Positions 32,623-41,895 of a DNA stretch of 64,000 nt are shown piece by piece; within the stretch, counting starts at the first letter, position 1; every line of letters starts with the position of its first letter. The notes beneath the pieces were generated by a model. The model was not told where the DNA came from and did no database searches. It was given only the letters and a program-made list of their open reading frames with translations. The translations under genes and the position numbers were made by a program. Source of the DNA: an uncultured cyanobacterium (GTDB taxonomy: Bacteria > Cyanobacteriota > Cyanobacteriia > Cyanobacteriales > Nostocaceae); the NCBI GenBank assembly GCA_963740315.1, contig CAVUDP010000002.1, positions 2,336,001-2,400,000 of the forward strand. The letters are read 5' to 3'.

Positions 32623-32714
32623 TGTGAGGAGATGGGGGGATGGGGAGATGAGGGGATGAGGGGACAAGGAGACAAGGAGAGAGGTAAGAGGGGGTAGAGG
32701 GGGTAGAGTGGAGA

Positions 32715-32899
32715 GCGAGATTTTTTCTAGGGAGCGAGATTTTTCTCAGATGCGAGATTTTTCTCAGATGCGAGATTTTTTCTAGGGAGCGAGATTTTTC
32801 TCAGATGCGAGATTTTTCTCAGATGCGAGATTTTTTCTAGGGAGCGAGATTTTTCTCAGATGCGAGATTTTTTCTAGGGAGCGAGACGCTCCCACTACA
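32715..32899. repeat. Higher-order tandem array of 19-nt (A) and 18-nt (B) units, order ABBABBABA, ending in a REP arm
   Basis: A = GCGAGATTTTTTCTAGGGA; B = GCGAGATTTTTCTCAGAT; then GCGAGACGCTCCCACTACA. Confidence 0.95.
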
Positions 32900-33018
32900 T
32901 TCTTAACTCCGGTGGTCCTAACTCCGGTGGTCCTAACTCCTAACCTTTGACCTTTAACCTTTAACCTTTAACCTTTAACCTTAATATTATGCATCGCCGT
33001 ATTATTTAATATATATCT

Positions 33019-34011
33019 ATGTCTATCATCATTGCTCAGGATTTGAGCAAAGTTTATCCAGTCGCTATTAAGGAACCGGGTATTAAAGGTACAGTCTCTC
33101 ATTTTTTTCGCCGCAAGTACCGGGAAATTAAAGCTGTTAATAATGTTTCTTTTGAAATTGCGCCGGGTGAGGTGGTTGGTTTTTTGGGAGCAAACGGTGC
33201 GGGGAAAACTACTACTCTCAAAATGCTGACTGGGTTAATCCATCCGAGTAGCGGTAATGTCAGGGTTGCTAATAATATTCCCTTTCAACGTAAAGAAGCT
33301 TTTTTACAGCAAATTACTTTGGTAATGGGACAAAAACAGCAGTTGTTATGGGATTTACCGGCTCTGGATTCTTTAAAAATTAACGCTGCTGTCTATAGTA
33401 TTCCCGATAAGGAATTTCGCCATCGAGTGGGAGAGTTAACGGAAATGCTTTCACTTGAAGATAAGCTGACTCAACCTGTGCGAAAAATGTCTTTAGGGGA
33501 ACGCATGAAGGCTGAGTTATTGGCGGCGCTTTTGCATCGTCCGCAGGTATTATTTTTGGATGAACCGACTTTAGGATTGGATGTCAACGCTCAAGTTAAT
33601 GTCCGGGATTTTTTGCGCGAATACAATCAGCGCTATCAAGCTACGGTTTTGTTAACCAGTCATTACATGGCGGATATTACAGCTTTGTGCAAGCGAGTGC
33701 TGTTGATTCATCAAGGACAATTGATGTATGACGGTAGTTTAGATGGGCTTTTGGAAAGGTTTGCGCCTTATCGAGTGGTTAATTTGGAATTAGCGAAACC
33801 CGTAGATACAGCTACATTAGAAACATATGGTGAAATTAAGGTTCACGACGGCAGAATGGTTGGTTTTATGATTCCTCAAGAAAAACTTACCAGCACGGTA
33901 TCGCGTATTTTAACCGATTTAGAAGTAGTCAATCTTACAGTTACCGAGCCACCTGTAGAAGAAGTGATTGGGAAAGTTTTTCAAGCGGGAGGGGTGGATA
34001 GTGGACAGTGA
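33019..34011 (+). CDS. ABC transporter ATP-binding protein
   Basis: GANGAGKT, MSLGERMK and LFLDEPT motifs. Confidence 0.95.
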   Translation: MSIIIAQDLSKVYPVAIKEPGIKGTVSHFFRRKYREIKAVNNVSFEIAPGEVVGFLGANGAGKTTTLKMLTGLIHPSSGNVRVANNIPFQRKEAFLQQITLVMGQKQQLLWDLPALDSLKINAAVYSIPDKEFRHRVGELTEMLSLEDKLTQPVRKMSLGERMKAELLAALLHRPQVLFLDEPTLGLDVNAQVNVRDFLREYNQRYQATVLLTSHYMADITALCKRVLLIHQGQLMYDGSLDGLLERFAPYRVVNLELAKPVDTATLETYGEIKVHDGRMVGFMIPQEKLTSTVSRILTDLEVVNLTVTEPPVEEVIGKVFQAGGVDSGQ

Positions 34012-34089
34012 ACAGTGAACAGTTATCAATTATCAATTATCAATTATCAATTATCAATTAAATGTTTTGCTAAAAATTACTTGATTACA

Positions 34090-34164
34090 TTAGAGATTCG
34101 CATTTCCTTTGACAAATTTACGAAATGCTCTTTTAAATTTTGGGGTTGAAATTAGCAATCTCAT
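34090..34164 (-). pseudogene. Truncated RelE/YafQ-like toxin N-terminus
   Basis: ATGA overlap with the upstream gene; reads MRLLISTPKFKRAFRKFVKGNANL*. Confidence 0.6.
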
Positions 34165-34388
34165 GCTTCTGAGTCATTCAAGGACTGACGCAATTCTGCA
34201 ATAATACTTTTGGCTGATTGAGGTTGATAGTTACCAGCACGGAAATCAGCTAAAGTTTTTTGTGCATCTTCTGCGATTTCTGCTCGACGGCTTTCATGTT
34301 GGCGATTTTGCAGAATTTTTATCAGCATTTCCTGCTGCTCGTAGGACAATTGCAAAGCGCTTTCTAGCACTTGATTAAGAGTATTCAT
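34161..34388 (-). CDS. Putative type II antitoxin
   Basis: 75 aa, helical (LNQVLESALQLSYEQQEMLI), translationally coupled to a RelE-like remnant. Confidence 0.7.
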   Translation of the reverse strand: MNTLNQVLESALQLSYEQQEMLIKILQNRQHESRRAEIAEDAQKTLADFRAGNYQPQSAKSIIAELRQSLNDSEA

Positions 34389-34708
34389 AAAATTTTAGTA
34401 TCAACTTTAAGTTTATAAAAGCATATATAGTTTAATCAATTTTAACCCCCGTACAAATCCTATGAGACATTTTTCTAGAAATACGAATTAGAACATTAGA
34501 GCAAGATTAATTAAAAGTTCTTTTTTCTTCCCCTTCTTCCCCCTCTTCCCCCTCTCAAAAGCATTACTAATTTTCTAACGGAACAGGAGTAACTAAAATC
34601 CCCTAATCCCTCACCTCAGATAATTCTTTTTATTTCTCGAAGTAGATTTATCTTTAACTCTGGCAAGCTAAATTAACAAATATTATTATTTAATCTCATC
34701 TTAGTAAT

Positions 34709-35821
34709 ATGCAGTTAAAGCTGAAAAATAAACTTGTAAAACAGGAGGTAAAAGCCGCACTTGCTGCTGAGCCCTATGAATCTGCGGAGATTGTTGGTTT
34801 ACTTTATGTAAGCGATGCGACTCCGGGTATCAAGCGTCAGCGTAAGGGTAAAGGATTTTGCTACTACGATGCGGAAGGGAATAAAATTTGTTGTGAAGAT
34901 GAATTAAATAGAATTAAAGCTCTGGTTATACCTCCTGCTTGGGATGAAGTTTGGATTTGTAGCGATGAGAGAGGACATTTGCAGGCTACCGGAAGAGATG
35001 AAAAGGGACGCAAACAGTACCGCTATCACGCACATTGGCGGAAAATCCGTTCTCAAACTAAGTTTAATCGCACAATTGCTTTTGGTTTGGCTTTACCCAA
35101 AATTCGGGAACAGGTACAAAAAGATTTAAGAAAACACGATTTACCTAAAGAAAAGGTAATAGCCGCGATCGCCAAGCTTTTGGAAACTACTAAAATTCGC
35201 GTGGGTAATCAACAGTATGCCCAAAAGAATAAGTCTTTCGGCTTAACGACAATGAAACAGCGTCATGTTGATATTTCCGGTTCGCGGTTGCGCTTCAAGT
35301 TTCGTGGTAAAAGTGGTGTAGACCATGATATCGAACTATGTAATCGGCGTTTGGCAAAGATAGTTAAGCGAATTCAAGAATTACCCGGACAAGAATTATT
35401 TCAATTTATAGATGATGATAAGAAACGTCATTCAATTGATTCTGGCGATGTTAATGATTATCTCAAAGAAATTACCAATTTAGATTTGACCGCGAAAGAT
35501 TTTCGTACTTGGTTTGGAACCGTATTAGCAGCAGAAGAGTTATATGAATTTGGTAAATTTGAATCGGAAAAACAAGCCAATAAAAATATTGTTCAAGCAA
35601 TTAAAAATGTAGCGCAAGAATTGGGAAATCGTCCTGCAACCTGCCGTAAATATTACGTTCATCCGGGAATTTTAGCAGCGTACAAAGACGGTTCGTTATT
35701 CTCAGAAATTGAAAAACTTTATCGAGTCGATAAAGATAAATTGAAGTTACGTCCGGTAGAGCAAGCGGTACTAAACATTTTAGAAAAGCATTTATTGCAA
35801 GAAGTTGAAGAAAACGAATAA
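34709..35821 (+). CDS. DNA topoisomerase IB (bacterial, poxvirus-like)
   Basis: GRKQYRY, IRVGN, FRGKSG, KDFRT and LGNRPATCRKYY catalytic motifs. Confidence 0.95.
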   Translation: MQLKLKNKLVKQEVKAALAAEPYESAEIVGLLYVSDATPGIKRQRKGKGFCYYDAEGNKICCEDELNRIKALVIPPAWDEVWICSDERGHLQATGRDEKGRKQYRYHAHWRKIRSQTKFNRTIAFGLALPKIREQVQKDLRKHDLPKEKVIAAIAKLLETTKIRVGNQQYAQKNKSFGLTTMKQRHVDISGSRLRFKFRGKSGVDHDIELCNRRLAKIVKRIQELPGQELFQFIDDDKKRHSIDSGDVNDYLKEITNLDLTAKDFRTWFGTVLAAEELYEFGKFESEKQANKNIVQAIKNVAQELGNRPATCRKYYVHPGILAAYKDGSLFSEIEKLYRVDKDKLKLRPVEQAVLNILEKHLLQEVEENE

Positions 35822-36039
35822 CTTTGCTTTTATTTGTGTTGGATTGTGATTTATTATATAGCAGTAATTTATGATTTTTCTCCTTCGTACTATAGATTTA
35901 TTTTTTAATAGGAAGGTTTAAAGTAACGAAGAGTGAGATGAGATCGGCAAACAGCTATAAAACTGATAACTGTTCACTGTTCACTGTTCACTGTTCACTG
36001 TTCACTGTTAACTGCTCACTGATTCTTGGTAACTGAAAA

Positions 36040-36717
36040 ATGGACGACTTAAATCTTGACGTACAAACAGATTTACTCAAAGCAATTCAAGGACACGCAG
36101 ACGGCGTATCATTTGAAGGCAAAGGTTTAAAATTCAAAGATATTCGCCTTTCTGAAATTCAGTTAAAAACTGATGATATTGATATCAATCCCCTCAAAGT
36201 TTTATTCGGTGAAGTCGAATTAGATCACCCAGTAAATATAAAAACTCGAATTGTAATAGAAGAAGCCGATATCAATGAAGCTTTAAAATTAGATTTAGTT
36301 CGCAATATATTGTATGAGTTTTTGACATTCCATACTGAAGAAAAGATTGCGAGTATGTATCCAGAAAAACTTCAGCTTCGATTACCAGGAAATAGTAAAA
36401 TTGAAATCGAAGGTGAAATCGTTTTAGATTCAGGTAGAGAAAAGAAACCTTTGGGCTTAAAAGCTGATGTGCGCTTGGAATCTTTAGAAAAGCCAATTAT
36501 ACTTGATGGCTTTAAATGCAACACTCCAGATGGAATTGATTTAGAAGTAATGAATGCTTTGATAAGTAAAATAAATCAAGTCCGGAAATCGCCTTATTTT
36601 AAGTTGAAAGATGTAGCATTACGCATCAATCGTCTAGAAGTGCAACAAGGTAGTATAATATTACTCGCGCAAATTAATCTTCAACAAATACCTGACAATA
36701 TACCCTTAAAGTCATAA
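36040..36717 (+). CDS. DUF2993/LmeA-like protein
   Basis: LDVQTDLLKAIQG.ADGVS.EG.GL...TD.IDINPL pattern. Confidence 0.8.
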   Translation: MDDLNLDVQTDLLKAIQGHADGVSFEGKGLKFKDIRLSEIQLKTDDIDINPLKVLFGEVELDHPVNIKTRIVIEEADINEALKLDLVRNILYEFLTFHTEEKIASMYPEKLQLRLPGNSKIEIEGEIVLDSGREKKPLGLKADVRLESLEKPIILDGFKCNTPDGIDLEVMNALISKINQVRKSPYFKLKDVALRINRLEVQQGSIILLAQINLQQIPDNIPLKS

Positions 36718-36816
36718 ATTTTATTCAATACTTGTATAACTTCGGTATGATGTAACTTTTTGCGGGAATCATTAATATAAGTTAATCAATATATTCCATA
36801 TCTAGAACTATTAATC

Positions 36817-38511
36817 ATGCAACAATATGATGTTGTAATTATCGGTGCCGGACATAACGGATTAGTTTGTGCTGCTTACTTATTGAAAGCTGGCTATACC
36901 GTAGCAATATTGGAAAAACGTTCGATACCCGGTGGTGCGGCCACTACAGAGGAACTTTTACCAAAAGAAGCACCGGGATTTATGTTTAATTTGTGTGCGA
37001 TCGACCACGAATTTATTCACCTCGGACCTGTTGTTGAAGAATTAGAATTAGAAAAATACGGATTGGAATATTTATACTGCGATCCAGTTGTATTTTGTCC
37101 CCATCCAGACGGAAAGTACTTCTTAGGGCATAAGTCTTTAGATAAAACCTGTGCTGAAATCGCTCGTTACTCTCAACGCGATGCGGTAAAGTATAAGGAA
37201 TTTACAGAATATTGGCAGCGGGCTTTGGGGGCAATGATTCCCATGTTCAACGCACCACCGAAGTCAATTTTAGATATTGCTGGTAATTACGATATTACGA
37301 AGATAAAAGATTTATTTTCAGTAATCGGTTCGGTAGATAAAACCCTGGACTTTATCCGTAATATGTTAACCAGCGGCGAGGATATTCTTAACGAATGGTT
37401 TGATTCGGAATTCCTCAAAGCACCTTTAGCCAGACTTAGCGCTGAATTGGGTGCGCCACCTTCGCAAAAAACCTTGGCGATCGGGGCGATAATGATGGCA
37501 ATGCGTCACAATCCAGGCATGGCAATACTTCGCGGTGGAACTGGTGCATTAATTAAAGCTTTAGTGAATTTAGTTACAAGTAAAGGTGGGGTTATCTTAA
37601 CCGAACAACACGTAGAAAAAATATTGATTGATAACGGTAAAGCTGTAGGCGTTCGCGTTGCAGGTGGTAAAGAATATCGCGCTAAAGAAGCGGTAATTTC
37701 TAACATTGACGCGAAACGAGTATTCATGCAAATGGTAGATAAAAGCGATTCAGATGCAGCCGATCCAGACTTACATGAAAGGTTAAAACGTCGCATCGTC
37801 AATAATAACGAAACCATCCTTAAAATTGACTTAGCATTAAACGAACCGCTACATTTTGAACACCACGAACACAAAGACGAATATTTAGTTGGTTCAATAT
37901 TAATTGCCGATTCAGTTCATCATGTAGAACAAGCGCATAGCTTGTGTACTTTGGGTCAAATTCCCGATGCCGATCCTTCAATGTACGTCGTAATGCCCAG
38001 CTTCCGCGACCCTAGTTTAGCACCTCCAGGAAAGCATACTTTGTGGATTGAATTTTTTGCTCCCTATCAAATAAAAGATGCCGAAGGTACTGGTTTAAAT
38101 GGTACCGGATGGACTGAGGAATTGAAAAATAAAGTAGCAGATAGAGTTATAGATAAACTCGCTGATTACTCGCCAAATGTGAAAAATGCAACTATCGCTC
38201 GTGCCGTAGAAAGTCCTGCCGAATTAGGTGAAAGATTGGGTGCTTATAAGGGGAATTACTATCATATTGATATGACATTAGACCAGATGATTTTCTTCCG
38301 TCCCCTACCCGAAATTGCTAACTATAAAACCCCAATTGAAGACCTGTATTTAACAGGTGCGGGAACTCATCCAGGTGGTTCAATTTCCGGAATGCCGGGA
38401 CGTAATTGTGCTAGGGTATTTTTGCAGCATAAGCAACCCATGCAGCAGAGTTTGAAGGATGCGAAAGAAGCGATTACTAATACCTTTGAGTCGATGTTTA
38501 AGAGCAAGTAA
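36817..38511 (+). CDS. crtO: Beta-carotene ketolase CrtO (CrtI-like FAD oxidoreductase)
   Basis: GAGHNGLVCAAYL, CAIDHEFIHLGP and GAGTHPGGSISGMPGRNCA motifs. Confidence 0.9.
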   Translation: MQQYDVVIIGAGHNGLVCAAYLLKAGYTVAILEKRSIPGGAATTEELLPKEAPGFMFNLCAIDHEFIHLGPVVEELELEKYGLEYLYCDPVVFCPHPDGKYFLGHKSLDKTCAEIARYSQRDAVKYKEFTEYWQRALGAMIPMFNAPPKSILDIAGNYDITKIKDLFSVIGSVDKTLDFIRNMLTSGEDILNEWFDSEFLKAPLARLSAELGAPPSQKTLAIGAIMMAMRHNPGMAILRGGTGALIKALVNLVTSKGGVILTEQHVEKILIDNGKAVGVRVAGGKEYRAKEAVISNIDAKRVFMQMVDKSDSDAADPDLHERLKRRIVNNNETILKIDLALNEPLHFEHHEHKDEYLVGSILIADSVHHVEQAHSLCTLGQIPDADPSMYVVMPSFRDPSLAPPGKHTLWIEFFAPYQIKDAEGTGLNGTGWTEELKNKVADRVIDKLADYSPNVKNATIARAVESPAELGERLGAYKGNYYHIDMTLDQMIFFRPLPEIANYKTPIEDLYLTGAGTHPGGSISGMPGRNCARVFLQHKQPMQQSLKDAKEAITNTFESMFKSK

Positions 38512-38519
38512 TCTTGTAA

Positions 38520-38860
38520 AAAGCCCGCACTACAATTACAAAGGCTACCGTTAAAGTGGGCTAAATAGTAGGTACTAGGTAGGGTGTGTTATGGCTTCAG
38601 CCTAACGCACCAAATACAATTTAATTAATTTTAATTAAGTCCAGTAGGTTGGGTTAGACACGAAAATTAATTTGAACTCATAAAGAGAATTTTTATTAAT
38701 CGTGTCGTAACCCAACATCAAGATTGTGGGGGAAAATATTATTAAAATTGAAAATTTAGATATTGTAAAGTCTTGAAAGTAAAATGTTGGGTTACGGTGC
38801 TTTGGATAAATTTTTCAGTAAAAAGCTATTCTTAAAATTGCGCTTAATCCAAACTACTAG
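38520..38860. repeat. Cluster of REP-like hairpin elements
   Basis: gtagggtgtgtta..taacgcacc, plus two oppositely oriented GTTGGGTTA..TAA(C/T)CCAA elements. Confidence 0.7.
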
Positions 38861-38865
38861 CTGCA

Positions 38866-39231
38866 TTACTTATAAAAATTTTCTTCAAAAAATTCAATTA
38901 GTTTATGAATGATTATACAAATTAGACCGATTATAAAAACAATTAAAGTGGCAAAACCACTCATCACACCCCATACATGAATAGTATTATATAAGCTTTG
39001 CGAATAATCATTAATATTAAACCTATGATTATCGCTATATAATATCCAAAAAAATGCGAAAATAATCTGAATAATAAGACTACTAAAAGCAATACTACAG
39101 AATATATAAATCAGACCAAGAAACCACTTTCTTAAATAAGCCTTTCTTGCTGTTATCAACCATATAATACCTACTAGAATACCAGTTAAAACACTGATAA
39201 ACGTACAGATTCCAAGAATAAGATATTCCAT
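38866..39231 (-). CDS. Hypothetical membrane protein (3 TM)
   Basis: Three hydrophobic segments; very AT-rich. Confidence 0.6.
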   Translation of the reverse strand: MEYLILGICTFISVLTGILVGIIWLITARKAYLRKWFLGLIYIFCSIAFSSLIIQIIFAFFWILYSDNHRFNINDYSQSLYNTIHVWGVMSGFATLIVFIIGLICIIIHKLIEFFEENFYK

Positions 39232-39434
39232 AATTTATCACAGCATACTAGAAAATAATAAATAACCCTGTAATTATTGTTGCTAAAAGACGATGGAGGG
39301 TTAGTGGTTGGTATCCACCTATAGATTAATTCTGTAAATCTCTACCTTTTTATTCATACAATGTCATCCCGGCTACAGATGACACAGTATATACAAAACT
39401 GATTCAATAGATGCAGCGTAGCTAATGCACAAAC

Positions 39435-40526
39435 ATGACACAACGAGTTTTAATATTAGGGGGAAGAGGACGCATAGGTAGTAGTGTTGCCCAAGATATC
39501 GCCAAGCATACGCAGGCAGAAATCACTGTTACCGGACGCACGGCTGTTAAAAGGGGACATGATACGTCTTTACAATACCTTGCTTTGGATTTAGCGGAAA
39601 CTGAAAAACTACGTGAAGCTATTTCTAATACCGATATTGTTGTTCATTGTGCGGGTCCTTTTCACTACCGAGATACTACAGTTTTACAAATCTGCATTGA
39701 ACAAGGTGTTAACTATGTAGATGTTAGCGACCATCGTTCTTATACTAGTAAAGTATTAACCCTTCACGATCAAGCTACTAAAAAAGGTATAACGGCGGTA
39801 ATTAATACGGGTATTTTTCCCGGTATTTCTAATAGTATGGTGCGTCAATGTGTCGAACAATTTGACGAAGCAGAAAAAATTCATTTAAGTTATGTTGTGG
39901 CGGGTTCCGGTGGTGCTGGGGTAACTGTAATGCGAACTACGTTTTTAGGCTTGCAAAACCCTTTTGAAGCATTGATAAACGGTAAATGGGAAATAGTTAA
40001 ACCCTACACCGATAGAGAAACAATTACTTTCGCACAACCCTACGAACAAAACGGAGTTTACTGGTTTGATATGCCAGAAACATTTACTTTACCAAAAGCT
40101 TTTCCTACAGTTAAAAGCGTAATTACTAAGTTTGGTTCGGTTCCCGATTTATACAACCGTTTAACTTGGATAGCGGCGAATATATTTCCTAAATCATGGA
40201 TACAAAATCGCGGTGGTGTAGAATTTTTAGCTCAAGTTAGTCATTTTATGACCGATGTTAGCGATCGCTTAAGTGGAATTGGTGTAGCAATTCGCTCGGA
40301 AGTTACGGGAATAAAAGATGGCCAAACAAAAACTTATTGTTCTACTTTAGCGCATGAAAACACCGCAGTAGCTTCCGGCTACGGTACGGGTAGTATCGTT
40401 CAATTGTTAACAGAAGGTAAATTAAACAAACCGGGAGTTTACACGGTAGAGGAAGCATTATCAACCGATTTGTTTGAAGAAATGATGCTCCTGAGAGGAA
40501 TCAAGATCGATCAACAATGGATATAA
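39435..40526 (+). CDS. Saccharopine dehydrogenase-like oxidoreductase
   Basis: GGRGRIG, HCAGPF, YVDVSD and GIFPGISN motifs. Confidence 0.9.
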   Translation: MTQRVLILGGRGRIGSSVAQDIAKHTQAEITVTGRTAVKRGHDTSLQYLALDLAETEKLREAISNTDIVVHCAGPFHYRDTTVLQICIEQGVNYVDVSDHRSYTSKVLTLHDQATKKGITAVINTGIFPGISNSMVRQCVEQFDEAEKIHLSYVVAGSGGAGVTVMRTTFLGLQNPFEALINGKWEIVKPYTDRETITFAQPYEQNGVYWFDMPETFTLPKAFPTVKSVITKFGSVPDLYNRLTWIAANIFPKSWIQNRGGVEFLAQVSHFMTDVSDRLSGIGVAIRSEVTGIKDGQTKTYCSTLAHENTAVASGYGTGSIVQLLTEGKLNKPGVYTVEEALSTDLFEEMMLLRGIKIDQQWI

Positions 40527-40686
40527 AAATCATTCGTAAGTTTATTGAATTATGCATCTTTTGATAGAAGGAACTTTTTCAAAAAGAAACGTAGGATACT
40601 TTGTTAGTTAGAGATTTTATTAAGACTTTAAAACTTGTTTCTAACTAAATACGATAAAACTAACATTCAAAATCGGAGGGACTTAT

Positions 40687-41040
40687 ATGCAAAGTGTTGT
40701 ATCATCTTTTAAACAAATATTACGCCGCAGTATTGTTTTAAGCTTAATGCTTTTAATACTTGTATCGACATTGTTTGTTGCACAACAACCAAGTTATGCT
40801 TATCCTGCTTCAGAAACTACAAAACTAACTCCACAAGAAAAAATTGACCGGGCTTATACTTTCAGTGAAGGTGTGGGACGTAGAGAAGAAGTAAAGCAAG
40901 AATCTTATCAAGAAGCTATAGAGGAATCTGAAAATCCTGAAAAAGCTTATGAAGAAAATACTAAGGCTTATAGAAAAGAAATGCAACCAGCCATAGTTGA
41001 AAAAGCCGAAGAATTGGTTGAAACTGTAACAGGAAAATAA
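40687..41040 (+). CDS. Hypothetical exported acidic protein
   Basis: RBS GGAGG; signal peptide ending SYA; EKAEELVETVTGK tail. Confidence 0.8.
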   Translation: MQSVVSSFKQILRRSIVLSLMLLILVSTLFVAQQPSYAYPASETTKLTPQEKIDRAYTFSEGVGRREEVKQESYQEAIEESENPEKAYEENTKAYRKEMQPAIVEKAEELVETVTGK

Positions 41041-41073
41041 TACTTAGTTTAAGAAGGCAACTAATAATAACCT

Positions 41074-41117
41074 ATAGGTAATGGATACTGGCATACAACC
41101 ATCATTCATTACCTATT
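41074..41117 (+). terminator. Hairpin downstream of the 40687 gene
   Basis: ataggtaatg / cattacctat stem followed by a T-rich tract. Confidence 0.5.
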
Positions 41118-41394
41118 ATAATTTTTGCTCATAAGTATTATAATTAAGATAAGCAGAACCGAATGTATACCTAAAAGTCTGTTAAATCTTAAAAAAATAT
41201 GTAATCTTATTATTAAGTTTAAAAAAAATAATTCTTTATGGGGGATATTAAGCAAAAAACGTCTGCTTATTGCTTTTGCTTTACTGTTGTTCTAAATACA
41301 ATAACCAGTTACATTAAAAATAGAGCTAGTGCTATATAGCGTTTATATATGCTTGTACTTGCCTCATTCATGCCATTAACTATATGAGTGTCTT

Positions 41395-41895
41395 ATGGTT
41401 TTTTTAGGTTCTAATCTACAGAGGCATACAAACTGTATTTCTAAGTTATTTTTGACAAATTTTGGCGATTATTGCAAAAAGCATATATCTTTGTTTTCCG
41501 AAAATTCAGTTGTTTTAATCGTTGATAATGATGCTGATAACCTGCTATTAACAGAACAAATAGTAAAATTATTAGGCTACTGTGCAATTACTGCTCGAAA
41601 CGGTGAAAGTGCTTTAGAAATGATAGAGAAATACCAGCCAGCGCTGGTATTGCTAGAAGTAATGTTACCCGAAATCGACGGTATTAATGTTGCTAGGTAT
41701 TTACGGAAAAACAATAATTTTGTTCCTGTTATTGCTCTGACTAGTTTACCTAGCGATTTATTTAGAGACGAAGCTTTAATGGCAGGTTGTAATGGATATA
41801 TTGAAAAACCTTTTCAAATAGAATATTTAGAAACTGCAATCAAGCAGCTTCTTTTTATACCTTCTACTTCATTCATTAATCCGGTAAAGCATTAG
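41395..41895 (+). CDS. Single-domain response regulator (atypical receiver)
   Basis: VLIVDND, LVLLEVMLP.IDG, PVIALT and GYIEKPF motifs. Confidence 0.85.
   Translation: MVFLGSNLQRHTNCISKLFLTNFGDYCKKHISLFSENSVVLIVDNDADNLLLTEQIVKLLGYCAITARNGESALEMIEKYQPALVLLEVMLPEIDGINVARYLRKNNNFVPVIALTSLPSDLFRDEALMAGCNGYIEKPFQIEYLETAIKQLLFIPSTSFINPVKH

Noticed and set aside
32715..32899. Possible CRISPR array
   Set aside because: Units are 18-19 nt and contiguous with no unique spacers, and there are no cas genes in the window.
10958..34011. ABC-2 permease (10958) and matching ATPase (33019) separated by ~21 kb
   Set aside because: Scattered ABC subunits are ordinary in cyanobacteria.
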